Origin: a virus
IMG/VR virus record: IMGVR_UViG_3300042398_001385
Coordinates: 64,001-128,000 of that record
Strand: one strand, 5' to 3'
DNA length: 64,000 bases
Shown: one piece after another, positions 16,156-28,444 of the stretch
How positions within the stretch are numbered: position 1 is the stretch's first letter
Layout: the number at the start of each line of letters is the position of its first letter
Translations under genes and position numbers: made by a program
The notes under the pieces: generated by a model
The model's database searches: none
What the model was told of the DNA's origin: nothing
The model's input: only the letters and a program-made list of their open reading frames with translations

Positions 16156-16733
16156 TTAATATTTTTTAATATTCTTTCCATCTCAGCATCAACAACTTTC
16201 TTTGCTATTCTTTTATACTCATCTCTTATAATAGATTTCTGCTCTTCTGTTGCAGATCTCATATTAAGAGACTTAAGATGATTCCATTTAACCATTGTGG
16301 AAGCTCTATATCTCTCATAGTTGATTAATTGGGCTCTTTTAGATTTTATAAGGACTTTAAGTATTTTATCCTCTGTAGGATTATTCATTCCTTTAAATTT
16401 TTGACCACTAGGCATTTTTTTTAAAGAAATTTTAGATGCTATATCTTCTATGTAGGATCCAAATTTTTCATAAAAATCAGCTTGATCTTTCATTGTTTTT
16501 CTCCTACTTATTTCCTTGTGCCTATCGTTTAAGAGTTTTATTCTATCCAGATTTTCTTCCCTATATTTAATCGAATATTGTCTTTTGTAACTAGTGTTTT
16601 TTAAACTCCATTCTTTAGATTTTTTCTTAGTGCACTCAGCACACTTATGTGCTTTCTCTTTATAAATATAAAAATCAGTCTCCCCGTGAATTTTACATAC
16701 ATCTTTTAAAAATTTTGTTACCTTAACCTCCAT
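16152..16733 (-). CDS. Basic hypothetical protein with N-terminal Zn-finger
   Basis: CKIHG...KCAEC; lysine-rich. Confidence 0.55.
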   Translation of the reverse strand: MEVKVTKFLKDVCKIHGETDFYIYKEKAHKCAECTKKKSKEWSLKNTSYKRQYSIKYREENLDRIKLLNDRHKEISRRKTMKDQADFYEKFGSYIEDIASKISLKKMPSGQKFKGMNNPTEDKILKVLIKSKRAQLINYERYRASTMVKWNHLKSLNMRSATEEQKSIIRDEYKRIAKKVVDAEMERILKNIK

Positions 16734-16748
16734 ATATTAAAATTTAAA

Positions 16749-18104
16749 TCATTTACATAAACCACTCATATTGTCACCTAAATCCTTATCGTTTCTTATT
16801 TCTATAAATCTTGGTAAGAACAAAGACCAATTATCATTCTTATCATTTATTATGACGTTGTATTGTATAGCACAAACCTTACCTATTTGAGAATCTGGAT
16901 TTTCACTAAGATCCTTAAGATCCTGATCTGTAAATCCTGCTCCTACTTTTACTTTAACTGTACCTGAAGAATCCTCACAGTAAAATCCTCCTATAAATCC
17001 CTCTCTCTTTCCTTCTCCTGGATACCATCCAGTAATTATTAGATCACAATCATTAACCTCTTTAAGTTTAATCCAATTCTTAGATCTTTTACATTCATAT
17101 ACATGTTCAGGATTTTTAAGAATTACTCCCTCTCCGCCACGAGCAACAATTTTGTTATAGTAAGCGTAGATGTCTTCTTTTTCTGTAGTCAAGAAAGAAT
17201 CTGCAAGAGTGAGTGAAGTTGTCTTATATGTACTAAAAACCCCCTCTAGCGTACTTCTTCTTACATCAAACGGAATTATACCTTTTCCAGATTTTAACGT
17301 GTCTGCATCTTCAAGATCAAAAACATTATAAAGAAGATCGTCACCTATAGAATCTAATGGTTTTCCTTTTAACATTTGTGTAACTTTACCCGATACACTT
17401 TTCCTGTTTAGATCAGTAAGTTCCCCGTCAAAAAACCATTCTCCTTTTAATCCTGAATTTTTAATAAGTATCAAACATTCATCTGCAATCTTTTTCAAGT
17501 ATTGATTAGGAATTTCGTTGAAAGCCCTTGTGTAAAATTTTACTTCACCACCGGAAATAAATGCTATTACTCTTACACCATCATATTTTTCCTCGCAAAC
17601 GATTAGATCCCATTTTTTTATTTCGTCCTCATCGTCTTGTGCAAGCATTAGACTTGGATCTGGTATAACTTCCTTATTGAAAGCTTTGTTTATTAACTTA
17701 GCTCCAATTCCTATGTTTAATCTTTTTGTTAAAACTTTAGACAAAATCTTTCTTTCATCAATAGAAAGGGGATAACAGTTAACAACTTCAAATGCTTCCT
17801 CTCTTAATTTATCATTTGCTGCAGGTGCAAAAAATAATTTTTCAGTAAGATCCTTAAATCTTTCAAATAGATCTCCATCCTCTATGATATAGGGTGATTC
17901 TTCTAAAACTGGAAGCTTGTGTAGTTTTGTTGTTAAAAATGGATCTAGAGCAACTTTTAAAAGATATTCTAATTCCTTAGAGTAATTATTTTTTATTAGA
18001 TCCTGTTTAATTTTTTGTGACCCGTTGCCTGTTGAATTTTCAATCTCTAATAAAATTCTAAGTTCTTTCTGCATGAATTGGTTTTTAGCTAATATAGAAA
18101 TCAA
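16749..18104 (-). CDS. gp30: ATP-dependent DNA ligase
   Basis: EEKYDGVR adenylation motif, DGEL, EGVILK, WIKLK, LFLPRF. Confidence 0.95.
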   Translation of the reverse strand: MISILAKNQFMQKELRILLEIENSTGNGSQKIKQDLIKNNYSKELEYLLKVALDPFLTTKLHKLPVLEESPYIIEDGDLFERFKDLTEKLFFAPAANDKLREEAFEVVNCYPLSIDERKILSKVLTKRLNIGIGAKLINKAFNKEVIPDPSLMLAQDDEDEIKKWDLIVCEEKYDGVRVIAFISGGEVKFYTRAFNEIPNQYLKKIADECLILIKNSGLKGEWFFDGELTDLNRKSVSGKVTQMLKGKPLDSIGDDLLYNVFDLEDADTLKSGKGIIPFDVRRSTLEGVFSTYKTTSLTLADSFLTTEKEDIYAYYNKIVARGGEGVILKNPEHVYECKRSKNWIKLKEVNDCDLIITGWYPGEGKREGFIGGFYCEDSSGTVKVKVGAGFTDQDLKDLSENPDSQIGKVCAIQYNVIINDKNDNWSLFLPRFIEIRNDKDLGDNMSGLCK

Positions 18105-18131
18105 ATCTAAATAATAAAAATGATTTAAATA

Positions 18132-18158
18132 TTATACTAAAAAAATAAGTAAGTTTTC
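18132..18158 (-). promoter_or_regulatory. Putative phage middle promoter GAAAA-N17-TATAA
   Basis: Same motif and spacing recur upstream of several replication/metabolism genes. Confidence 0.55.
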
Positions 18159-18170
18159 GGTTTATTGGTT

Positions 18171-19814
18171 TTAAATAGCAGGTTCTGCTCCTGTTGCTTC
18201 GCCTCCAGTAGCTTCAGCTTCTGCTCCAGTAGCTCCAGCTTCTGCTCCAGTAGCTCCAGTAGCCCCAGCTTTACCTTCTTCCTCGGATTTTTTAACGTAG
18301 GATTTATTTAACTGTATATCCTCATAGTTAAGATCTAACCATCTCTCTATCATAAAATCTTGATCAAAAAATTGAACCTCTTCTTCGTTTACTGTTTCTT
18401 TTATTTCTCCCATTGCAGTAATGAAATCAATTTTTTTGATCAGTTGTTCTATTTCTCTAGATTCACCAAATAAATTATCACTTTCAAATTTAACACCTAT
18501 TTGACTTCTAAATTCAGCATCGTTTTTAAGATCCGGAAATTCTAAGCACATTTGTATCCATAGAGGTTTTACTATAATCTCTTGGAATATAGATCTCAAT
18601 CTTGTTATAAATTTAGCAAATCTAACCTCATCCCTTTCTGCTCCTTCCGCCCCTGTTTTAAAAGTATTATTTGAGCCCATACCAAATCTTGAAGAGAATC
18701 TGTTATAAGGTATTTTGGAATCTTGTCTTAATTTATTATAGAAATAAACAACCGAGTCCATTATATTTAAATTAGGACCTTGAGCATTAAGTGTTTCTAC
18801 TTTTACTGATTCGCCTCCTTGCTGAGGGAAAAGATAGTTTTTATAGAATTGAAGATCAGGTCTTCCGTTTATAGCTAATTCTCCTGAGCTTGTATCTAGT
18901 TTAATATCCTCTTTATATACGGACATAAGTTCTCCAAGTGTCTCTTTAGCCTTTTGAGGAGCTTTACTTCCAATAGGAACTGTCATTTTAATCCTATACT
19001 GAGCATTCATAACATTCCATATTATTCTGGAGTGTTCCATAATCTTTAATAAGTTATAAGACCTTATTAATCTTTCAGTGTAAGATACTCTTGAAACAAC
19101 GTTGGCTTTAGCATATGAAATATAAATAACCTGAGCGTCTAATAATTTTCTTTGTCTAACAGTTTCTCCGTAATACTGCCACCATATAGTTTCTCTTGTT
19201 CCGTCAGGCTTTTTTTCGATAGCTGGAGTTAAACTAACAGCATCCAATTCTTTAAAACCAACTATTTCTTTACCGTCGTTTGAATATATTATCTCGAATG
19301 CTAAAAAACCTTCTACGATTAGTTGTCTAAAGTATTGCCATCCGGTTAATCCATTTGCAAAATTGTGGAGAACATATAGTTTTCTGAAATTCTTCCTCAT
19401 GGATTTTATAACATCATCCTTTAGATCCATATTCATTAAAGCTGGATGACAGAAAAAATTCTTCTCATCATATACTACTGCTTCGTCACATATAGTATCT
19501 AAAATGTATTCTATCTCAGCATTTAAAGCAAAGGTTCTTAGAAAATCCCTTTTGAATGGATAATCTTTATCAAAATATGCTATGTACTTTCTGTTTGATG
19601 TGTCTTGGGCTGCTATACTATAGATAAAGTCTTCGTCGCTATCAGTAAATCCAAATCTTTCTCTCATGCTGGCTTCAGATGCACCTATAGCCATGGAGTC
19701 TTGAATAACCATATCCTTATACTCCATCCCAAAAGATCCAAGACCACTAATAGTTTTTAATATCCTAGAGATATTCGGATTTATCTTTCCTAAATTATCT
19801 AAAAAGCCCGCCAT
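18171..19814 (-). CDS. gp20: Portal vertex protein, copy B (T4 gp20 family)
   Basis: EIEYILDTICDEA, GFLAFEII, SY-ERLIRSYNLLKIME, YFYNKLRQDSKIP-NRF, RDEVRFAKFI-RLR. Confidence 0.9.
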   Translation of the reverse strand: MAGFLDNLGKINPNISRILKTISGLGSFGMEYKDMVIQDSMAIGASEASMRERFGFTDSDEDFIYSIAAQDTSNRKYIAYFDKDYPFKRDFLRTFALNAEIEYILDTICDEAVVYDEKNFFCHPALMNMDLKDDVIKSMRKNFRKLYVLHNFANGLTGWQYFRQLIVEGFLAFEIIYSNDGKEIVGFKELDAVSLTPAIEKKPDGTRETIWWQYYGETVRQRKLLDAQVIYISYAKANVVSRVSYTERLIRSYNLLKIMEHSRIIWNVMNAQYRIKMTVPIGSKAPQKAKETLGELMSVYKEDIKLDTSSGELAINGRPDLQFYKNYLFPQQGGESVKVETLNAQGPNLNIMDSVVYFYNKLRQDSKIPYNRFSSRFGMGSNNTFKTGAEGAERDEVRFAKFITRLRSIFQEIIVKPLWIQMCLEFPDLKNDAEFRSQIGVKFESDNLFGESREIEQLIKKIDFITAMGEIKETVNEEEVQFFDQDFMIERWLDLNYEDIQLNKSYVKKSEEEGKAGATGATGAEAGATGAEAEATGGEATGAEPAI

Positions 19815-19817
19815 ATT

Positions 19818-21437
19818 TTATATTGTAATTTCTCCTCCTTCAGATCCAGCTTCACCTCCTGTTGCTCCTTCAGCTCCTGTTGCTCCTGCTTCAGCTGCTG
19901 CCGCTTCTTTCTTTTTCTCTGCTGCTTTTTCTTTGAATTTTTTATTTGTAACTAAATCCTGTCCTTTCACTCCTAAAAATCTATCAACTAAAAAGTCCAT
20001 ATTAAAATATTTTTTACCCTCTGAGTTCATTAGGGCGGATATTTTTATAACCTGGTCTTTTCTAGCAGCTAATACCTCCATTTCTTTTGCTTCCCTAAAT
20101 ATATTTTCTTTTACATAATCTAAACCAAATTCGGATTTAATTATGTAATCTTTCTTAAGATGCGGAAAGTCTAAGCAGAATTGTACCCATAGTGGCTTCA
20201 TTAATATCTCTTGATATATTGACCTTAATCTGTTAATAAATTTAGCAAATCTTATTTCCTCCTGATCCAATCCTTCTGCTGTAAAAGTAATTGTTCCTTC
20301 AGATCCTGCTTCTTCTCTACCAAATCTAGTTGCTGGTATTTTAGAGTCCATTCTTAATTTATTTGCAAAATATTTAAGAACTGTTGTATCCGAAAATGCA
20401 GTTGCGTCTCCTCCCCCAGGAAGTGGCTGTATATCAGGAGTTCCATTAGGAGATGATGGCATTAAGTAATTTTTAAAGAATTGTATCTTTGGTTTTCCGT
20501 CGATTGTTAATTCTCCACTGCTATTATCTAATCTTATATCTTCTTTATAGATTGACATTAGTTCACCTAATGTTTGTTTTGCTTTTTGTGGTGATCTAGT
20601 ACCTATAGGAACTGTCATTGCCATCCTATATGAAGAGTTCATTACGTTCCAGATGATTCTTGTGTGCTCCATTATTCTTAGGAGATTAAATGACCGTATC
20701 ATTCTTTCACAGTAACTAACTCTTGAAGATGTTCCACCTCCCTTAGCATAACTTATATAAATTATCTGGGAGTCATATAGTTTTCTAGTCAAAGATGGGT
20801 TATCTGGATATTGTATCCATATATCAATAAAAGATCCATCTGGCTGTGCCTCTACTGTTGGTATTAGTGACCATGGATCCAATTCTTTGAATCCAACAAT
20901 ATTCTTACCTTTTTTATCAAATACGATTTCAAAAGCTAGAATACCATCAACTAGAAATTTTCTGAATAAATGCCAAGCTGATATATCTTGATTAAATCCA
21001 AAAAGATTATATACCTCTTTATACCTCTTTTGTACTTTTTCGTAAGTTTCCTCATTAACATCATCATGTTGCATGAAAGAGAAATAAGCCCAAAAGTTTT
21101 TGTCATCATATACTATTGATTCGTCGCATATAGTATCAAGAATAAATTCTATTTCTGGATTCTGAGAAAATCCTTGTAGATAATGTCTTTTGTTTTTATA
21201 GTCCTTATCAAAATAAGCTATGTATTGTTTAGTGGTAGTATCTGCTCTTCTTAATCCAAAAAGAAAAGATTCATCCTTTATCCCTCCCTTTTGTAGAAAT
21301 TGAGCTTCTGTTATACCTACTGCTTGAGAATTTTTAACTACAAGATCTTCGTAGGCCATACCGAAACTACCCACTTTCTTTATACTATCTAAAATAGAAC
21401 TAAAGAATGATTTTTTATCGTCAGTAAATCCAGCCAT
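19818..21437 (-). CDS. gp20: Portal vertex protein, copy A (T4 gp20 family)
   Basis: Same gp20 motifs (EIEFILDTICDE, DGILAFEI, LKYFANKLRMDSKIP, EEIRFAKFINRLR). Confidence 0.9.
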   Translation of the reverse strand: MAGFTDDKKSFFSSILDSIKKVGSFGMAYEDLVVKNSQAVGITEAQFLQKGGIKDESFLFGLRRADTTTKQYIAYFDKDYKNKRHYLQGFSQNPEIEFILDTICDESIVYDDKNFWAYFSFMQHDDVNEETYEKVQKRYKEVYNLFGFNQDISAWHLFRKFLVDGILAFEIVFDKKGKNIVGFKELDPWSLIPTVEAQPDGSFIDIWIQYPDNPSLTRKLYDSQIIYISYAKGGGTSSRVSYCERMIRSFNLLRIMEHTRIIWNVMNSSYRMAMTVPIGTRSPQKAKQTLGELMSIYKEDIRLDNSSGELTIDGKPKIQFFKNYLMPSSPNGTPDIQPLPGGGDATAFSDTTVLKYFANKLRMDSKIPATRFGREEAGSEGTITFTAEGLDQEEIRFAKFINRLRSIYQEILMKPLWVQFCLDFPHLKKDYIIKSEFGLDYVKENIFREAKEMEVLAARKDQVIKISALMNSEGKKYFNMDFLVDRFLGVKGQDLVTNKKFKEKAAEKKKEAAAAEAGATGAEGATGGEAGSEGGEITI

Positions 21438-22033
21438 TAGACTTGTGAGTTTTTATTATATATCTCATTTAACTGGGTCCCTTCAATAGACCTAGTATTT
21501 AGATATACTATTCTAGTCCAATCTTCCAAAGGAATTTCCACTACATCACGAACTTTTTTTAAATCCCAAGCTCTATAAGCATGTTTATAAGGTATTCCTT
21601 TTAAAATTATATCCATAGTTTGGTAGTCAGTTTTAAGAGGAGCTTGTCCTCTTCCTTCCCCCATTTCTATTTTTTTTAAGTTTCCTTCTATCTGATCCTT
21701 GAATACGCTTTGTACTCTTTCAAAGAATGCTATTCTAAATATCGGTGAAATTAAAATTAGATCAAGACCTTTAAAAAGGTTCTTTTTTTCGTAATTATCG
21801 TATTCAGTAAAAAAAATAACTGGTCTTTTGTTTATAAAAGGTTTCCCTTTTTCTAATTGATCATTGTATTGAAAAGAATAAACTTTCCCAGATAAAAAAT
21901 TTAAAGGGCTAAATTCAGATTTTTTATTCACATAATTATTTGCCCAATACGTAAATGATTCTTCAGGTAATGAGGTTAGACCTGAGACTGAAAGTTTGTA
22001 ATCATTAAATTGTTGTTTAAAGGAAGAAATCAT
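21437..22033 (-). CDS. gp2: DNA end protector protein (T4 gp2-like)
   Basis: GKVYSFQY...P-I-KRPVIF...FKGLDL...P..R..F pattern; adjacent to gp4. Confidence 0.65.
   Translation of the reverse strand: MISSFKQQFNDYKLSVSGLTSLPEESFTYWANNYVNKKSEFSPLNFLSGKVYSFQYNDQLEKGKPFINKRPVIFFTEYDNYEKKNLFKGLDLILISPIFRIAFFERVQSVFKDQIEGNLKKIEMGEGRGQAPLKTDYQTMDIILKGIPYKHAYRAWDLKKVRDVVEIPLEDWTRIVYLNTRSIEGTQLNEIYNKNSQV
21457..21464 (-). promoter_or_regulatory. Putative late promoter GATATATA for the portal genes
   Basis: About 20 nt upstream of the portal ATG; exact copy of the motif seen before many virion genes. Confidence 0.6.
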
Positions 22034-22515
22034 CTCATTATAAAGCTTTCATTTATAGCACCGAATTTATATCCTCTAGATTCAGCAAATCTAGTTGCTG
22101 CTTCAAATTTAGCTCTATTGGTTATCCATATTTTAAGTTTCTCATTATAGGATCTTATCTTTTTTTCAGTTAAATTTCCTACAGGTTCTTTGGGCCTTTT
22201 ATTAAGTGCATATTGATCCTCGGGTTTTATTTCTATAAACCAATTTTCAAATACATCTCCCTTTTGTACTTGTATATAGTAATCTACAAAATACTTATGT
22301 TCCTTTTTGTCTATTGGAGACCAATATGGTATATCTGTTGGTTCTGAGCTCCATTTGGTTATATTGGGATTTATATCACAATATTGACAAAATTTTCTTT
22401 CCCATGAGCTTCGGTATATTATATTGTTAATATCCCCAATGTACTTTAATGGATTAACTGGATTATATTTTCCAGATTTCCACTTTCCATTGGGCTTTAA
22501 CTTTTTTATATCCAC
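22030..22515 (-). CDS. gp4: Head completion nuclease (T4 gp4, TnsA-like)
   Basis: GKYNPVNPLKYIGD, YRSSWERKF, WSSE, YFVDY, IEIKP, N-AKFEAA. Confidence 0.92.
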   Translation of the reverse strand: MDIKKLKPNGKWKSGKYNPVNPLKYIGDINNIIYRSSWERKFCQYCDINPNITKWSSEPTDIPYWSPIDKKEHKYFVDYYIQVQKGDVFENWFIEIKPEDQYALNKRPKEPVGNLTEKKIRSYNEKLKIWITNRAKFEAATRFAESRGYKFGAINESFIMR

Positions 22516-22517
22516 CT

Positions 22518-22874
22518 TTATACATTATAGTTGGAATTTTCCTCCCTTACTATTCTAGAAAAAGGAATAGTTTTCGGTGACTTAGGTGGATGAATTTTTT
22601 TCCATCCTTTTTTCATTCCGTTATGTGCTATTTGGGATATAAAGGCAAAAGGATTATCAGACTTTGCTGGATCGTATCTATTCCAATACTTAACTAGATC
22701 TTCAAGACCAGATGATATGCAATCTTCTTTGTCTTCGTTATCTCTATAAGAATGTGTCTTAGACATTCCGTTTACTATAAGAGTAAACATTTTAACGGTC
22801 TCATCAGTTAGTTGACCTTTTTCTTTACTTTCGAGGAGAGCTCTTTTTAGCTCTTTGTTTTTTACGTATATCAT
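22518..22874 (-). CDS. gp55: Late transcription sigma factor (T4 gp55-like)
   Basis: YVKNKEL...YDPAKSDNPFAFISQI motif. Confidence 0.88.
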   Translation of the reverse strand: MIYVKNKELKRALLESKEKGQLTDETVKMFTLIVNGMSKTHSYRDNEDKEDCISSGLEDLVKYWNRYDPAKSDNPFAFISQIAHNGMKKGWKKIHPPKSPKTIPFSRIVREENSNYNV

Positions 22875-23125
22875 TCTTCTTGCGGTGGAATATTATTTTG
22901 GAGCTTTTCTATTTGTTTTTCTAAATTAACCCTTAATTCTTCCAAATTTTTCCTCGAATTTCTAATTGTGTCTATACCTATCTTACCATTTTCTTCACTA
23001 GAAGTTTCTAATTCTTTTATTTTTTCTAGACAATTTTTCAAATCGTCTAAAACAAAATTGAGTCTGTTACCAATTCCCTCATCCGGGTCATTAGCAACAG
23101 ACTCATTTATTCCTTTTGTATTTAC
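22871..23125 (-). CDS. 84-aa coiled-coil extension of the 778-aa protein, reached by -1 frameshift
   Basis: Open -1 frame VNTKGINESVANDPDEG...LEKQIEKLQNNIPPQEE*, no in-frame ATG, begins at A_AAA_AAG-TAA, fills the gap exactly, TGA overlaps the gp55 ATG. Confidence 0.75.
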   Translation of the reverse strand, partial: VNTKGINESVANDPDEGIGNRLNFVLDDLKNCLEKIKELETSSEENGKIGIDTIRNSRKNLEELRVNLEKQIEKLQNNIPPQEE

Positions 23126-23131
23126 TTTTTT
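23052..23131 (-). promoter_or_regulatory. -1 programmed ribosomal frameshift signal (slippery heptamer plus 3' stem-loop)
   Basis: A AAA AAG at 23131-23125; 15-bp stem 23104-23090/23074-23060; lower stem ACAAAA/TTTTGT starts 5 nt after the heptamer. Confidence 0.7.
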
Positions 23132-25458
23132 TTTGTTTTTGGAGCGGAAGAAAAATTAGACACTTTGTCATTTTCAGCAAATCTTCTTCCATTTTTTTTG
23201 CTGTTTCCGTGTGCATCAGCAAAATTAAAATCGTCCTCGTCTTCCATGAATTTTTTAGACTTTTCGGATTTTCCTTTAGGAGCTTTCTCTATGTGAGAAT
23301 TTTTTTGATTCTCCTTAAGTGTAGCTAGATTCATGTTTTTAAGATCCTGTATAAATTTAGAAGATCCTTTAATAGAAGCGCTAGGAGCTTTAGCTAAATC
23401 TAGATTATCTAGAGTATCTATAAACTTTTTACCACTTCCGACTTTTCCTTTGGTAGGAAGATCTGCCATATTAGCAGATTTTGATTTAACACCTCTACCA
23501 GTTAAAGGTGCTGATTTACCGCTCTTTGGTAAACCTGCCATAGTTCCTTTTTCATTGTTTATAAACTTAGAAGAAGATCCTGTTTTTTTATCTGGTGCTT
23601 GAGCCATGTGTTTTTTAGAAAGATTCTCTATTCTAGAATCTTTGTGTGATCCTCCTCTGTTTCCTGGAGCATTAGCAAAATTCTGATTTGATTCATTAGC
23701 AAAATCTTCAGTATATTCGATATCTAACTGAGGTGCTTTAATATCATATCTGTCTATTTCGTCATCCAGATCTTCAACATCAGAGAAGAAGTATTCCCCT
23801 GTTTTACCCTCTTTAAAAAGAATAGTATAAGTTTTAGAGCTTCCGTCTACTCCAATAACTCTTCCTTTAACGCCATTTCTTTTTATTCTAACCTCAGTAT
23901 CAATAGGATATCCAAGGTCTTCATTCATTGAAGGAAGTTCTTTAGCTTTACTTTCAAATCTTGAAATCTCTAGGTTGATTTGATTCCATCTGTCTTTTAG
24001 GGATTCGATTTCATTTTCAATGCTTTCTTCTAAAGTTACAAGTTCATCAGATTTAGCGATAAGAGGATTTTCTTTTTTAGCAACATCCAATTTTCTTAGT
24101 TCGCCTTCTAATACATCGATATTTTTGATAATCTCTTTTTTATCATTCTTCATTATACTCAAGAATGCTTGTTCTCCTTCTAAAAATTCTGTAAGAGATT
24201 CAGTGATATCATATTTAATAAAGTCTTTAACTATATTAATAGCTTGAGTTGCATTAGCTTCGTATATTTTATTTAATCTCATAGCTGGATTAACTGTTTG
24301 TACATAAATACCAGCTTCTGTTTTAAATATATTAGCCTCTACGTTTTCAAAAACTCTAGATTTTATTTTTTTACCAAAATCAAGATCTATAATTTCCTCA
24401 GCATTACTAGCTACAAATACTGCTTTAGCTATTTTGTGGTTTGAACTTTCTAAAAGATTGTTTGTACTTACACTAACTGCAAGTGGAAGATCATCTTCGT
24501 TAATTCTTTTTCCGTCAAAATAAACCTCCTTAGATTCGTTTGTAAATACTATCTCTACCTTATTATTTCCAATATTTAATGATATCTTATTGTTATCTAT
24601 TTTAACGTCTCTATCGCTTATAATTTGAGCCTGATCAGCTAGTTCTTGTGGAACTTCATCCATGCTACATTCTTGAATAACTTGTGTGTTCTGATCTATC
24701 TTTAAAAATTTACCAGATGAGTAAAATACTGTCTCTTCATTTTCGTTTAAATAGATAGGTGAATAAAGATTGCTTATTTCACAAACGTTATTATCAAATC
24801 CAACATTGAATTTTCCTGTATTTTCATTTTCGTATATAGATAAGAAACTAACAAGATTTCTAACCATTGGATTAAATCCAAATCTTTTAAGACCATGCAC
24901 AAGAGATTCTGTTGATTTAGTTTCAGAAACTAACCATCCTTTCATTTGATCTGTAGCATCGGAAAATAAATCCCTTCCTGGACTATTTCTCATAGTTTCG
25001 TAAGTCTTAATAACCTCAATCTCTCTTTTTCTGTTTTCTAATATTCTATTTAAGTTCTCTAGAACTGGAGTTACTGCATTTTCCCAAGAAAACGATTTAA
25101 GATCGTTTATAAATCCTTCAATTACAAATGATTCAGATATTCCTTTCCCAACCAATATATGATCATATTTTTCTAACATAATCTTACCAGCTGGTATCTC
25201 ATTTAAAGTTGAATTTTTTAAAGCCGAAACTGTATTTATTAGACCAAAGCTAAAAGAAATACCTTTATTAGAAGGTCTAGATGAAGAACCATGTGATTGT
25301 GATTCCTTAAGCATTTGAGCAGTTGAGCCTCCAAGGAAAGTAGAAGCAACAGGTTTTTTTGTTGCTCCTAATCCAGCCCATTCTCTTAAAGAATCTGCAG
25401 CATTTTTAGAAGTCTCCATATTTAGTCTATTGATCTCTGGATTAATATTTTTTTCCAT
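23122..25458 (-). CDS. Large head-associated (prohead core/internal-like) protein with coiled coil, SH3-like domain and basic C-terminal repeats
   Basis: Many [LIM]-x-E motifs (MLKE, ISE, LLE, ITE, LKE), GATATATA upstream, located in the head gene cluster; function is inferred. Confidence 0.6.
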   Translation of the reverse strand: MEKNINPEINRLNMETSKNAADSLREWAGLGATKKPVASTFLGGSTAQMLKESQSHGSSSRPSNKGISFSFGLINTVSALKNSTLNEIPAGKIMLEKYDHILVGKGISESFVIEGFINDLKSFSWENAVTPVLENLNRILENRKREIEVIKTYETMRNSPGRDLFSDATDQMKGWLVSETKSTESLVHGLKRFGFNPMVRNLVSFLSIYENENTGKFNVGFDNNVCEISNLYSPIYLNENEETVFYSSGKFLKIDQNTQVIQECSMDEVPQELADQAQIISDRDVKIDNNKISLNIGNNKVEIVFTNESKEVYFDGKRINEDDLPLAVSVSTNNLLESSNHKIAKAVFVASNAEEIIDLDFGKKIKSRVFENVEANIFKTEAGIYVQTVNPAMRLNKIYEANATQAINIVKDFIKYDITESLTEFLEGEQAFLSIMKNDKKEIIKNIDVLEGELRKLDVAKKENPLIAKSDELVTLEESIENEIESLKDRWNQINLEISRFESKAKELPSMNEDLGYPIDTEVRIKRNGVKGRVIGVDGSSKTYTILFKEGKTGEYFFSDVEDLDDEIDRYDIKAPQLDIEYTEDFANESNQNFANAPGNRGGSHKDSRIENLSKKHMAQAPDKKTGSSSKFINNEKGTMAGLPKSGKSAPLTGRGVKSKSANMADLPTKGKVGSGKKFIDTLDNLDLAKAPSASIKGSSKFIQDLKNMNLATLKENQKNSHIEKAPKGKSEKSKKFMEDEDDFNFADAHGNSKKNGRRFAENDKVSNFSSAPKTKKK

Positions 25459-25545
25459 TTGTAATTCGCTTTTTTAGTATATATCTAATCTTTTATAGAT
25501 TCCCTTTTGTTATTTATTTCCGATCGAAAGTATTTTTCAATTCTT

Positions 25546-28431
<2,886 letters not shown>

Positions 28432-28444
28432 TTAATTTATTTAT

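Noticed and set aside
16152-16733. Possible homing endonuclease between ligase and gp44
   Set aside because: It has a Zn-finger-like N-terminus but no recognisable HNH, GIY-YIG or endonuclease VII catalytic motif.
23047-23106. 19-codon ATG ORF (MSLLLMTR...) after the 778-aa stop
   Set aside because: Very short, sequestered in the stem-loop, and leaves the longer protein-like -1 frame unexplained.
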